Source: Allosphingosinicella sp. (GTDB lineage: Bacteria; Pseudomonadota; Alphaproteobacteria; Sphingomonadales; Sphingomonadaceae). From it: 64,000 bases of DNA. Location of the stretch: NCBI RefSeq assembly GCF_046293155.1, contig NZ_JBKBPQ010000014.1; one strand, 5' to 3'. The translations under genes were made by a program, and so were the position numbers. The notes under the pieces are model-generated. The model was not told the origin of the DNA, made no database searches, and worked only from the letters and a program-made list of their open reading frames with translations. Each line of letters begins with the position of its first letter. The first letter of the stretch is position 1. Below, piece by piece: positions 34,963-45,290 of the stretch.

Positions 34963-37447
34963 AAAAAGGGTGTCCGTGCGCCTTGCCGTCGTCGGCGGCC
35001 GCCAGGTTCGCGCCGAGCTGCAGGGCATCGGCGATGCGGGTGAACAGGGCATGCGGCGCCTGGCGCGCGAGATGGATGCGGCGAACACGCGGGTCGCTGC
35101 CTTCTATCGCCGGGTCCAGATTGCCGCCGCTGCGGCTGCAGCAGCGTTTGCAGCCGGCGCAGCGGCGATGATCCGCTCCGGCCTGCAGGTGATCGATAAC
35201 CAGGCCAAGCTTGCCGCCTCGCTCGGCACGACGGTGGAGAGCATCCAGGTGCTGGAGCGCGCCGGTGATCTGGCTGGCGTCTCCATGGGCGAGATCGAAC
35301 AGGCGACGATCCAGCTGACCCGGCGCCTGAGCCAAGCGGCAACTGGCACAGGCGCTGCCGTCAGCGCGCTCGAACGTCTGAGGCTGACCTCTCAGGAACT
35401 GCAGCGCCTTCCCCTCGACCAGCGCATCGCAGCCATCCAGGAGGCTCTCGCCCGTTACGTGCCCGAGGCCGAGCGTGCGGCGGTCGCCTCCCAGCTCTTC
35501 GGCGATCGCGCCGCGCTCACCTTCCTGCGCATCGACACGGCGACGCTCAGGACGGCGACGCAGGACGTGCGGGACTTCGGGGTCGTGGTGTCGCAACAGG
35601 ACGCGGCCCAGATCGAGCGCACCAATGACGCCATCTCCCGCCTCGGTCTGATCTGGCGCGGCCTGTCCAACCAGCTGGCTGTCGCCGCTGCCCCGGCGCT
35701 CGAAGCTGTCGCCAACGCGCTGGCGGCAATATCACGCACGACCGGTCCGCTCGGGCAGGCCATTCGGCTGCTGTTCGACAATCTCGGACGGCTTGCCTCG
35801 ATCGCCGCCGCCTTCGTCGGGCTGATGGCCGGGCGCTTCGTCGCCAGCATGGCGGTGGCCGCGGTCTCGGTCCGCGGGCTCGCCACTGCGCTCGTTTTCC
35901 TGCGCGGGGCGATCATCCGCACCGGCATCGGTGCGCTGGTCGTCGCAGCAGGCGAACTGATCTACCAATTCGGGCGGCTGGTGCAGGCCACGGGCGGCTT
36001 TGGCGCGGCGCTCAATCTGCTGGGCGACGTGGCGCGTGAAGTGTGGGATCGGATCGGCCTGCTCGTCGAGGTGCTGAAGAACCGGATTGCCGCAGCCTGG
36101 CTCGGCATTCAGGCGAACGTCGCCGACGCACTGCAAGGCGCCCTCGATGCCGTCGTCGCTTTCGGCAATCGGACCGTCAACGTCTTCCAGGGCGCGTTTG
36201 ACGCCATGGTGGCGATCTGGAGTCGACTGCCGGCAGCGATCGGCAACTTTGCCATCCGGGCGGCCAATGCGCTGATCGCCGCCGTCGAATGGATGCTGAA
36301 CGGCGCCACGCGCGGCATCAACGGCCTGGTGCAGGGAATTGGCGCCGCGCTTTCAGCGATCGGCATCGAGACCGAAATCAGACTCGTTCCGGATATCGAT
36401 CTCGGCCGGATCGAGAACCAGTTCGCGGGCGCCGCCGAAGGCGCCGGCGCGGCTGCGCGCGAAGCTTTTGCAGCCGCCTTCGAGACCGATGCGTTCCGTG
36501 TTCCGGATCTCGGGTTCTCCGCCTTCGCGGAGGATGCCCGCCGCGCCGCCGAGAGCGCCCGTGAAACGGCAAATGCGCTTGGTGAACTTGCCGGCGCGCC
36601 GCTGGAGTCGGTTGCCGCCCTCCGTGAGGCGATGGCTGGAGCGAACACCCAGATCGATGAGGCTGCTGCCGCGACGGAGCGACTTGACACCGCGTTCGGC
36701 GCGATCGGTGGCGGCAGTGGCGATGAGGCAGGTGATGGAGCGGGTGGGAGAGGCTCGGCAGGGCGCGCCGCCGCTGCCAGCCGCGAAGCCGGCCGGGAAA
36801 TCAAGGCGGCGGCTGACGAGGCCGCAACGGGCTGGGCCGCTGTCAGGGACGAGCTCGCGCGCTACGCCGAAGAGGCCGCGAATTGGGGCAAGGGTCTCGG
36901 CAATGCGCTCACCAGCGCGTTCCGGTCGGCCGAGGACGCTGTCGCGAAGTTCGTGACGACCGGCAAGTTCGACTTCAAGTCGCTCGCCGACAGCATCCTG
37001 GCCGATATCACTCGCGTCGCGCTGCGCTCGGCAATCCTCGGACCGCTCGCGAACGCGCTCGGTGGCATGGGCGGCGGCGGCGGGATCTTCGGCAATCTGT
37101 TCGGCGGCGGCGGCATCCTGTCGGGCGTTTTCCATTCGGGCGGTATCGTCGGCGCTCCCGCGCCGCAGCGGCTCGTGCCGGCGCTCGCCTTTGCCGGTGC
37201 GCCGCGTCTGCATGGCGGCGGCATGGCCGGTCTACGCCCCGACGAGGTGCCCGCCATCCTGCAGCGCGGCGAGATGGTGCTGTCGCGCTCCCAGCTCGCC
37301 GCGATGGGCTCGGCGCGCGAGACGCGCCCTCATGTCAATGTCCTGATGAACATCTCGACGCCTGACGCCAACAGCTTCCGTTACGCGCAAGGCCAGATCG
37401 CCGCCGACGCCGCCCGCGCCATGGAACGGGCGCGGCGCAATCTCTGA
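34955..37447 (+). CDS. Tail tape measure protein
   Basis: 830 aa, helical and Ala-rich with hydrophobic segments. N-terminus typical of tape measure proteins. Confidence 0.93.
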   Translation: MAEKRVSVRLAVVGGRQVRAELQGIGDAGEQGMRRLAREMDAANTRVAAFYRRVQIAAAAAAAAFAAGAAAMIRSGLQVIDNQAKLAASLGTTVESIQVLERAGDLAGVSMGEIEQATIQLTRRLSQAATGTGAAVSALERLRLTSQELQRLPLDQRIAAIQEALARYVPEAERAAVASQLFGDRAALTFLRIDTATLRTATQDVRDFGVVVSQQDAAQIERTNDAISRLGLIWRGLSNQLAVAAAPALEAVANALAAISRTTGPLGQAIRLLFDNLGRLASIAAAFVGLMAGRFVASMAVAAVSVRGLATALVFLRGAIIRTGIGALVVAAGELIYQFGRLVQATGGFGAALNLLGDVAREVWDRIGLLVEVLKNRIAAAWLGIQANVADALQGALDAVVAFGNRTVNVFQGAFDAMVAIWSRLPAAIGNFAIRAANALIAAVEWMLNGATRGINGLVQGIGAALSAIGIETEIRLVPDIDLGRIENQFAGAAEGAGAAAREAFAAAFETDAFRVPDLGFSAFAEDARRAAESARETANALGELAGAPLESVAALREAMAGANTQIDEAAAATERLDTAFGAIGGGSGDEAGDGAGGRGSAGRAAAASREAGREIKAAADEAATGWAAVRDELARYAEEAANWGKGLGNALTSAFRSAEDAVAKFVTTGKFDFKSLADSILADITRVALRSAILGPLANALGGMGGGGGIFGNLFGGGGILSGVFHSGGIVGAPAPQRLVPALAFAGAPRLHGGGMAGLRPDEVPAILQRGEMVLSRSQLAAMGSARETRPHVNVLMNISTPDANSFRYAQGQIAADAARAMERARRNL

Positions 37448-37458
37448 CGGGTCGACAG

Positions 37459-38061
37459 ATGAGCGGATTTCACGAGGTGGTGTTCCCGCCCGACATCTCC
37501 TACGGGGCGTCAGGCGGGCCGGGATATTCGACGACCGTGGTGACGACCGTGTCGGGGCATGAGCGCCGCAATGCCAACTGGGCCGCCGCGCGAGGCAAAT
37601 GGAACGTCGCGCATGGCCTCAAGAAGCGCGAGCAGGTCGCGGCGCTAATCGCCTTCTTCCGCGCCCGCAAGGGGCGCGCCTACGGATTCCGCTTCAAGGA
37701 CTGGACCGATTATCAGGCATTCGCGCAGGTGCTCGGCGTTGGCGATGGGGCCAACAAGACCTTCCAGCTCGTCAAGCACTACGCAAGCGGCGGCGAGATC
37801 GACACGCGCCTCATCGCCAAACCCGTGACCGGCACCGTGAAGATCTATCGCGACGGCGTCGAGGCAGTCACGGGCTGGACGGTGAACACGGCGACGGGGC
37901 TCGTGACCTTCACGACCGCGCCAACGTCGGGTGTGCAGGTGACGGCGGATTTCGAGTTCGACGTGCCGGTCCGGTTCGACAGCGATCAGATGGACATCAC
38001 CATCGAGACCTATCAGCTCGGCAGCTGGGGCCAGATCCCGGTGCTGGAGATCCGCCCATGA
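37459..38061 (+). CDS. RcGTA g12-like distal tail protein (DUF2460)
   Basis: MSGFHEVVFPPDISYGASGGPGYSTTVVTTVSGHERRNANW is the family signature. Confidence 0.85.
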   Translation: MSGFHEVVFPPDISYGASGGPGYSTTVVTTVSGHERRNANWAAARGKWNVAHGLKKREQVAALIAFFRARKGRAYGFRFKDWTDYQAFAQVLGVGDGANKTFQLVKHYASGGEIDTRLIAKPVTGTVKIYRDGVEAVTGWTVNTATGLVTFTTAPTSGVQVTADFEFDVPVRFDSDQMDITIETYQLGSWGQIPVLEIRP

Positions 38062-39638
38062 AGTCAACATCGACAGAACTCGCCACTCACCTGGCGGGCC
38101 CCGTGACCACGCTCGCCACCTGCTGGCGCATCACGCGTGTGGATGGGCGCGAGTTCTTCTTTACCGATCACGACCGCGACCTCGTCTTCGACGGCGATGT
38201 TTACAAGGCGAGCTCCGGCTATTCGCGCACGGCGATCGCCAACGATGCGAGCCTCAGCGTCGATAATCTCGACGTCGAGGGCGTGTTCGACAGCGTCGCC
38301 ATCACCGAAGAGGAGCTGCGCGCTGGTCTGTTCGATCAGGCAGAGGTGCGCATCTTCCTCGTCAACTGGGCCGATCCGTCCATGGGCGCGCTTCGCATGC
38401 GGCGCGGCTGGTTTGGCGAGGTGGTGCTGACCGAGCAGGGCGTCTTCCGCACCGAGCTGCGCGGCATGACGCAGGCGCTCTCCCAGCGTATCGGCGAGCT
38501 TTACAGCCCGGAATGCCGCGCCGATCTCGGCGACCCGCGCTGCAAGGTGCCGATCCATCCGCCCGAGATCCAGCGATCGACGTCCTACGCCGTCGGCGAT
38601 ACCGTCCGAGTACGGACCTCATCGGCGCTCACGACGATCGGCATTCCCTTCGTCAATCCTGGCTTCGACGCAGGCAATCTCTCCGGCTGGACCGTCGCCT
38701 CCGGTTCGGCGGCCGCCAAGACCACGAGCGGCGCGCTCGGGCCGAAGACCGGCACGCATTTTCTTGAAGGCGGCAATGTCGCCGGCTTCGAGCTGCGTCA
38801 GACCGTCGATCTCTCCCATGTTCTCGATGAGTCCATCCTCGATGCCGGCAACTACCGCCTGACCGTGGGAGGCTGGCGGGGCAATGGCGGCGGCAACACC
38901 GTCGATCAGGGACGGCTGCGCGTGCAGCTGCTCGATGAATTGGGCGCCGTGCTCGCCACGCCGCTCGACACCGGCAATGAGGCGATGACCGGCGTCTGGA
39001 CGCTCCGCCAGGTCGCTGACGCGCTGGTCCCGTCCGGCACCCGGCAGCTGCGCGTGATCTTCAACGGCACGAGGGTCAGCGGCTCAGTGTGCAATGCCGC
39101 GCTCGACGCCGTCAGCGGCTTCTTCACCGACACGACGACAGGCGTCGGCACAGCGACCGTGTTTGAGAATCGCATCTACCGCTGCGTCGGCGCGGGTACG
39201 ACGGCTGCTGACCAGCCAGCCTACGACACTTCCGTCGGCCAGCAGACCACCGACGGAACGGCCGTTTTCGCGGCCATGGAGTCGTGGAGCCGTGCCGGCA
39301 TCGTCACCGATGTCGTCGACCGGGCGGTGTTCACCGCATCGATCGACGAGCCCCGCGCGACCGACGGCTGGTTCGCCGGTGGCGTGCTGACCTGGGAGAG
39401 CGGGCCCAACGCCGGACGCTCGATCGAGGTGAAGGCGTGGACCCAAGCAACGGGCCGCGTCGAGCTGTTCCTGCCCATGGGCTACGCGATCCGGGTCGGC
39501 GACCTCTTCCGCATCCACCCCGGCTGCGACAAGCGCCTCGACACCTGCATCGCCCGCTTTGCCAACGTCCTCAACTTCCGCGGCGAGCCCTACGTGCCGG
39601 GGCAGGACGCCATGATGAGCTATCCCGATGCCCGCTGA
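38058..39638 (+). CDS. RcGTA g13-like hub protein (DUF2163 plus BR0599 C-terminus) with a roughly 240-aa insertion
   Basis: N-terminal LATCWRITRVDG..FFFTDHD. C-terminal FRIHPGCDKRLDTCIARFANVLNFRGEPYVPG. The central NPGFDAGNLSGWT... module is carbohydrate-binding-like. Confidence 0.85.
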   Translation: MKSTSTELATHLAGPVTTLATCWRITRVDGREFFFTDHDRDLVFDGDVYKASSGYSRTAIANDASLSVDNLDVEGVFDSVAITEEELRAGLFDQAEVRIFLVNWADPSMGALRMRRGWFGEVVLTEQGVFRTELRGMTQALSQRIGELYSPECRADLGDPRCKVPIHPPEIQRSTSYAVGDTVRVRTSSALTTIGIPFVNPGFDAGNLSGWTVASGSAAAKTTSGALGPKTGTHFLEGGNVAGFELRQTVDLSHVLDESILDAGNYRLTVGGWRGNGGGNTVDQGRLRVQLLDELGAVLATPLDTGNEAMTGVWTLRQVADALVPSGTRQLRVIFNGTRVSGSVCNAALDAVSGFFTDTTTGVGTATVFENRIYRCVGAGTTAADQPAYDTSVGQQTTDGTAVFAAMESWSRAGIVTDVVDRAVFTASIDEPRATDGWFAGGVLTWESGPNAGRSIEVKAWTQATGRVELFLPMGYAIRVGDLFRIHPGCDKRLDTCIARFANVLNFRGEPYVPGQDAMMSYPDAR

Positions 39639-40092
39639 GATCATTACCCCCGAGACCATCATACCCAAGACCGTCACACCCGAGACGGTCGTCGCCGAGG
39701 CGCGTGGCTGGCTCGGCGTTCCCTGGCGGCATCAGGGACGGAGCCGCTCCGGCATCGACTGCGTCGGGTTGGTGGTCTGCGTCGCACATGCGCTGCACCT
39801 GTCTGACTATGACAGCACTGGCTACAGCCGCCGCGCGCAGGGACAGGGTTTCGTCGAGCATTTTCGCGCGAACATGGACGGCGTCGCCATCCCCGATGCT
39901 TGTCCCGGCGACGTACTCGTCTTCGCCGACCAGGCCTATCCCTGCCACTGCGGCTTCCTGACCGAGCGGCTCGGGTATCCGCATTTGCTGCACGCCCATG
40001 CGACGCGCCGGCAGGTGATCGAGGAGCCCTATGCCGGCGAATGGCCGGACAAGATCAAGTTCGCCTTTCGCTTTCGCCAATCCGGATCCTGA
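39628..40092 (+). CDS. NlpC/P60 peptidase (RcGTA g14-like)
   Basis: GIDCVGLV catalytic Cys context and HCGF / HAH residues. Confidence 0.85.
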   Translation: MPAEIITPETIIPKTVTPETVVAEARGWLGVPWRHQGRSRSGIDCVGLVVCVAHALHLSDYDSTGYSRRAQGQGFVEHFRANMDGVAIPDACPGDVLVFADQAYPCHCGFLTERLGYPHLLHAHATRRQVIEEPYAGEWPDKIKFAFRFRQSGS

Positions 40093-40098
40093 TTTCTC

Positions 40099-43000
40099 AT
40101 GGCCATCCTCGTCGCAGTGGGCGGCGCCGCGCTCGGCTCCGTCGTCGGTCTCGGCTGGCAGGCCGGCTGGTTGGTGGGCTCCGTCGTCGGCAGCCTCTTG
40201 TTTCCCGCCAAGGGACAGAACGTCACGACCGAGGGTCCGCGGCTGGGCGATCTGACCGTCTCGTCCTCCGCCTACGGTGCGTCGATCCCGATCGGCTACG
40301 GCACGCTGCGCATGGCCGGCAACATGATCTGGTCGTCGGGGATCCGCGAGCAGCAGAACGTCACCCGCACCCGCTCCGGCGGCAAAGGCGGCGGCGGGCG
40401 CAGCACCCAGACCTCGATCAGCTATTCCTATTTCGCGTCGTTCGCGCTGAGCTTCGGCGAGGGCCCGGCCGAGGACGTGCTGCGCATCTGGGCCGACGGC
40501 AAGCTGATCTACGACAAGACCGGATCAAGCCCCGATGTCGCCAAATCGAACTTGCGCTTCCGTTTTCGTCGCGGCAGCGAGACCCAGTTGCCCGATCCGC
40601 TGATCGAGGCCCATGTCGGGCAGGGGCGCGCACCGGCCCATCGCGGGCTCTGCGTCATCATCTTCGAGGATCTGGCGCTCGCCGACTTCGGCAATCGAAT
40701 CCCGAACATCACGGCGGAGATCACCTATCGGCGGGCCGCGCAGCAGCCCTATCAGCTTCTGGATTTTATCACGACGGGCGAAGGCGGCTATTTCGGGTCC
40801 TACCAGATCAGCGACCTCGCCATCGACTGGCGCCGCGGCTACGGCTACTTCGTCTCGTCGAGCAGCAACGCCGAAGCCGCCGGCATCCGCCGCTTCAATC
40901 TCCGCACCATGGCGGAGGACCGTCAGGCGCGGATGACGGATGTTGCCGCCGCCACGCCCAACAACTTCCCGAGTACGCTGTTCTGCGGCGAGGACGGGCA
41001 CCTCTACCTAACGGTCGGCTCTGGCAACTCGCGGCCAATCATCCGCGTGGAGCCCAACGCGCTGAAAGAAGTGGGCCGCTTCGGCTTCACCAGCACCGGC
41101 CTTTCCAACACCACGACCCGCTTCGTGACGACGACCTGGTTGGGCATGATCTCGGCCTACGGGCCGTCCGGCCGCGTCGACTTCCTGGCTTGCGGCTCGC
41201 TCTTCAACGACATCGGCCTGCTGCGCGCCGACAGCATGGGCTACGTCTGGGGTGCCGGCCAGACGGTGACGGAATCCCGAGTAAGGGGCGCGATCGGCGG
41301 CGCCGTCGGCGAGGGTTATGGCGATGGCTGGATTCTGGCGAGCGCGACATCGAGCAATCTGAACCACACCAGCCTCGGGCTCTACCGCATCCGGGTTTCA
41401 GCCTTCGCGCAGTATGACAGTCTCACCGGCCAATCGCTCGGCGTCACGTTCGAAAAAGTGGCGAGCTTCACGCCTGCGCAGATCGAAGCTGGCGCGACGG
41501 GGTTCTACAGCGATGCGGGCGGACTGACCTACGACGCCACCGACGACAGCGTCATCTTCCAGATCACGATGTCGAACGGCGGCACGGCCGGTACGATCTA
41601 CGCGATCAAGTGGCGCGCCGACACCGGGATCGTCTGGAAGACGGCCGTCCCGCACAAGATCAACTACGAGGGCCCGTTCTTCGGCCAGAGCCGCTTGCGG
41701 GGCCAGCGCTGGACGCTGATGCGCTCGACGCGCGTCGTCCAGCTCGACACGGCAACGGGCGCCATCATGCTCAATGAGATCTGGCCCGGCGCGGTCAGCG
41801 AACAGGGCGCGCAGGTCTACGACGCCGTCACCGACACCCATCTGGTGCGCGGCAGTAGCGGCTGGGCCCGGCTGTTCCTCAATCGCGGCGGTGGCGAGGG
41901 TGAGGCGCTGTCGTCCATCGTCGCCGATCTCTGCGGACGCGCCGGCCTCGGGCTCGCCGACATTGACGTCGCCGAGCTCACGTCATCCGTGCCCGGCTAT
42001 GTGATCGGGCGGCAGACCACCGTGCGCGGCGCGATCGAGCCGCTGGCGCAGGCCTATTTCTTCGACGCCGCCGAAAGCGACGACACGCTTCGCTTCCGAA
42101 ATCGCGGGCGCGCGCCGGTCGCCACGATCCCGGCCGAATACCTTGTGCCGCTCGACAGCCAGACGGGCGAAAGCTGGCGCGAGCGCCGCACGCAGGAAGT
42201 CGAGCTGCCCGAGCGCGTCGCCGTCGTCTACATGGACCGCGACGCCGACTATCAGCAGGGCACGCAGAGCGAGAAGCGGGCATCACTGCCGCTGCCCACC
42301 ATGCATTCGCGCAACCAGGCGAGCCTCGAGCTCGCGCTCGCCATCGACGCCACAACGGCCAAGCGAATCGCCGCCAAGACCCTCTACAGCGCCTGGATCG
42401 AGCGCAGCGCCTACGAGGCCGAGCTGCCGCCCGACTGGCTGCGCCTCGATCCGACCGACGTGGTGGATGTGGTGTTCGCCACCGGTTCGACCTTCCGGAC
42501 GCGGATCAACCGACTAGATGTCGGCGCGGATTTCTCGCTGGCGATGAAGGGCGTCTCGGAGACCGCCGCCACCTACGTCTCCTCGGTCGTCGCCGATGGC
42601 GGTTCGGGCAAACCCATCCAGCTGGTGGGCGCGAACGCCGCCACGCGGCTGATCCTGCCCGACCTGCCGCTTCTGCGCGATGTCGATGACGCGGGCGGCG
42701 CCGGCTCGCGCCTCTACTGTCTGATGGCAGGGTTCGGTGGCCCCGGCTGGCCCGGAGCCGCCCTCTACCGTAGCGCCGACGGCTCCGCGTGGGCGCAGGT
42801 CGGACGGGCCCTCAGCGAAGCCGCATGGGGCGCCACGGCGAATGCGCTGGGCAATCCAAGCTCACCGTTTGGCACCGATGAGGACAACAGCCTCACCGTC
42901 TTCATGACCACCGGCGGCGAGCGGCTGGAGAGCGTCACACAGGACGCCCTCGTCAATGGTGCGAACGCGGCGTTGGTCCTCAAAGCCAATGGCGAGCCCG

Positions 43001-43611
43001 AGATCATCCAGTTCCGCGAGGTTACGCTGAACCCTGATGGCTCCTACACGCTCACCGGTCTCTTGCGCGGTCGGCGCGGCACGGACGTCTTCGTCGATGG
43101 CCATGCGGCAGGTGAGGTCTTCGCGCTGCTTGATCCCGACGATGTCGAGACGCTGGTTACGGCGCTCGGCGATCTTGGACTGCCGCGATCCTGGCGTGCT
43201 GTCGGTTTCGGCACGCTGTTCGAGGATGCCGAGACACTCGTCCAGAGCCACTCGGGCCGCGACCTCAAGCCCTATGCGCCATGGAACGTTCGCGCCGTGA
43301 AGACCGGCAGCCCGGCGAACATCACCCTCTCCTGGATCCGCCGCACGCGCATCGGTGGCGAGCTGAAGGACGGGACCGGGATCGTCCCGCTCGGCGAGGT
43401 GAGCGAGGCCTACGAGGTCGATATCCTCGACGGTCCCGGCGGTGCGGTGAAGCGCACGCTCGCCGCGGCGAGCCCCAGTGTCGTCTACGCGAATGCCGAC
43501 ACCCTCGCCGACTTCGGCGCGGTGCCGGCCGCTCTGTCTGTCGCCGTCTATCAACTGAGCGCCGTCGCCGGGCGCGGCTTCCCGCGCGCCGTCACTTTGG
43601 AGGTTTCCTGA
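40099..43611 (+). CDS. Host-specificity / central tail fibre protein (RcGTA g15-like)
   Basis: 1170 aa. N-terminal GPRLGDLTVSSSAYGASIPIGYGTLRMAGNMIW signature. Confidence 0.9.
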   Translation: MAILVAVGGAALGSVVGLGWQAGWLVGSVVGSLLFPAKGQNVTTEGPRLGDLTVSSSAYGASIPIGYGTLRMAGNMIWSSGIREQQNVTRTRSGGKGGGGRSTQTSISYSYFASFALSFGEGPAEDVLRIWADGKLIYDKTGSSPDVAKSNLRFRFRRGSETQLPDPLIEAHVGQGRAPAHRGLCVIIFEDLALADFGNRIPNITAEITYRRAAQQPYQLLDFITTGEGGYFGSYQISDLAIDWRRGYGYFVSSSSNAEAAGIRRFNLRTMAEDRQARMTDVAAATPNNFPSTLFCGEDGHLYLTVGSGNSRPIIRVEPNALKEVGRFGFTSTGLSNTTTRFVTTTWLGMISAYGPSGRVDFLACGSLFNDIGLLRADSMGYVWGAGQTVTESRVRGAIGGAVGEGYGDGWILASATSSNLNHTSLGLYRIRVSAFAQYDSLTGQSLGVTFEKVASFTPAQIEAGATGFYSDAGGLTYDATDDSVIFQITMSNGGTAGTIYAIKWRADTGIVWKTAVPHKINYEGPFFGQSRLRGQRWTLMRSTRVVQLDTATGAIMLNEIWPGAVSEQGAQVYDAVTDTHLVRGSSGWARLFLNRGGGEGEALSSIVADLCGRAGLGLADIDVAELTSSVPGYVIGRQTTVRGAIEPLAQAYFFDAAESDDTLRFRNRGRAPVATIPAEYLVPLDSQTGESWRERRTQEVELPERVAVVYMDRDADYQQGTQSEKRASLPLPTMHSRNQASLELALAIDATTAKRIAAKTLYSAWIERSAYEAELPPDWLRLDPTDVVDVVFATGSTFRTRINRLDVGADFSLAMKGVSETAATYVSSVVADGGSGKPIQLVGANAATRLILPDLPLLRDVDDAGGAGSRLYCLMAGFGGPGWPGAALYRSADGSAWAQVGRALSEAAWGATANALGNPSSPFGTDEDNSLTVFMTTGGERLESVTQDALVNGANAALVLKANGEPEIIQFREVTLNPDGSYTLTGLLRGRRGTDVFVDGHAAGEVFALLDPDDVETLVTALGDLGLPRSWRAVGFGTLFEDAETLVQSHSGRDLKPYAPWNVRAVKTGSPANITLSWIRRTRIGGELKDGTGIVPLGEVSEAYEVDILDGPGGAVKRTLAAASPSVVYANADTLADFGAVPAALSVAVYQLSAVAGRGFPRAVTLEVS

Positions 43612-44909
43612 TGCCCAGCCCGAATCTGGCCGTGACTCATGTGGCGGCCGCCCAGAACCAGAAGGAGGTCACGATCAACGACGCGGTCGATGCCCTCGAC
43701 AACGCCATGAACCGGGCGCTGTCGCTGGCTATGGCCGACGCCAACGTGACGCTGACCAGCGCGCAAGCGAACCGCAACGGCCTGATCGTCCTCACCGGCA
43801 CGCTGACGGCTGCGCGCGTCCTGACGCTGCCGGCCAACCATCGCCGGCTCGCGATCCGCAACGCGACCAGCGGCGGCCAGGAGGTCCGCGCCAAGTATGC
43901 TGGCTCCGGCGCCGAGGTCATCATCGTGCCCGGCGGCACGGTGCTGGTGCAGGGCAATGGCAGCGATCTCTTCGGGGTCGGCGGCGGCGCAGGCACGCTG
44001 AACGACCTGACCGACGTTTCCGCTGGCGGCGCTGTCGCCAGCGACGTGCTCCAGTTCGATGGCACGGTATGGTCGGCAGGAGGCGTCGGCATCTTCCAGC
44101 GGGCGCTGCTGCCGTTTCGCGGCGCTCTTGTGCAGCGCACGACCGACATCGCCACGGTCAGCCCGCCGATCCAGATCCCGTGGCAAGCCTCCGTCTATGA
44201 CAGCGAAGGCTTCTGGGCGGGAGGGACGCCGGAGCGTCTGACGATCCCCCCGGGCTCCAGCATCACCAAGGTCAGGCTTCTCGGCTCTATCGCCATGAAA
44301 GCGAGCGCCACCACCGGCGGCGTTTATCTGACCTTCGACAAGAACGGCGCCGGAGAGCCGATCGGCGCCGCGCCTTACACCGTGCGCCAGGGCTCGTCCG
44401 GCTACACCAACAACGACTTCTCGACCTTCTCCGCGGTCCTGCCCGTGGTCGAAGGAGACTATTTCCAGCTCCGGGTGAACTTCACCAACAACAACTGGAA
44501 CTCCATCCTCGCCGGGGCACGGACCTGGTTCGCCATTGAGGTGGTCGAAACCCAGGATGCCGCCGACCCACCGGCCGACCTGACCGGGTTCAAGATGGGC
44601 CAGCCGAGCGCCGATGAGATCCTCATGCGGGTACCGATCGCCCGGCGCACGCGGATGAAGGTCGATCTTGCCGGCAGTCAGGGCGTTGCGGGAGCGGCGG
44701 CCACTGCGCAGACGGACTTCGACATCCGGCGCAACGGAACGAGCTTCGCCACTATGCGCTTCGCTGCGGCCGGAACCGTCGCCGATTTCATCGCTGCCAC
44801 CGAAACCGTGCTGGAACCGGGTGACGTCCTCAGCGTCATCGCCCCCGCAACGCCGGACGCAACCCTGGCCGATATCGGCTTCACGTTTGCCGGCACGCTG
44901 GTCGTCTGA
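43611..44909 (+). CDS. DUF2793 tail fibre-like protein
   Basis: MPSPNLAVTHVAAAQNQKEVTINDAVDALDNA is the family N-terminus. The ATG shares one nt with the upstream stop. Confidence 0.75.
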   Translation: MPSPNLAVTHVAAAQNQKEVTINDAVDALDNAMNRALSLAMADANVTLTSAQANRNGLIVLTGTLTAARVLTLPANHRRLAIRNATSGGQEVRAKYAGSGAEVIIVPGGTVLVQGNGSDLFGVGGGAGTLNDLTDVSAGGAVASDVLQFDGTVWSAGGVGIFQRALLPFRGALVQRTTDIATVSPPIQIPWQASVYDSEGFWAGGTPERLTIPPGSSITKVRLLGSIAMKASATTGGVYLTFDKNGAGEPIGAAPYTVRQGSSGYTNNDFSTFSAVLPVVEGDYFQLRVNFTNNNWNSILAGARTWFAIEVVETQDAADPPADLTGFKMGQPSADEILMRVPIARRTRMKVDLAGSQGVAGAAATAQTDFDIRRNGTSFATMRFAAAGTVADFIAATETVLEPGDVLSVIAPATPDATLADIGFTFAGTLVV

Positions 44910-44932
44910 AGCACCAGCCGAGGACCGCATCC

Positions 44933-45223
44933 ATGGACCGAAAACGCGACATCGGCAGGCTGATCGCCCTACCGAGCGAGGGGTTCGAGGCGCTGCTCGA
45001 ACGTGCCGCAGAGACCGGCGCACGTCGTGCTCTGCATGAGGTCGGGCTCGACGGGACGGACGCCGCCGAGGACATCCGCGATCTGCGATCGCTACTGGCG
45101 GGGTTTCGGCTGGCCAGGCAGACGGCCGTGCAGACCGCCGTTCGCATCATCACCACCGGCATTCTGCTCGCCCTCATGGCGGGCATCGCCATCAAGCTGA
45201 AGCTGTTCGGCAACGGCCCCTGA
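44933..45223 (+). CDS. Small protein with C-terminal TM helix (possible holin-like)
   Basis: 96 aa. TM segment IITTGILLALMAGIAIKL. Confidence 0.45.
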   Translation: MDRKRDIGRLIALPSEGFEALLERAAETGARRALHEVGLDGTDAAEDIRDLRSLLAGFRLARQTAVQTAVRIITTGILLALMAGIAIKLKLFGNGP

Positions 45224-45251
45224 CCGGCGCTTCCGATCCTCAACCCACCAA

Positions 45252-45273
45252 CCCGCCGTTCGGCGGGTTTTTT
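45252..45273 (+). terminator. Rho-independent terminator
   Basis: CCCGCC-GTTC-GGCGGG followed by TTTTTT. Confidence 0.8.
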
Positions 45274-45290
45274 ATGTGCGGAGACCACCC

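Noticed and set aside
35080-35170. Poly-alanine run (AAAAAAAAFAAGAAA) in the tape measure gene
   Set aside because: This is a hydrophobic or TM-like segment typical of tape measure proteins. It reflects GC-rich Ala codons, not a functional DNA repeat.
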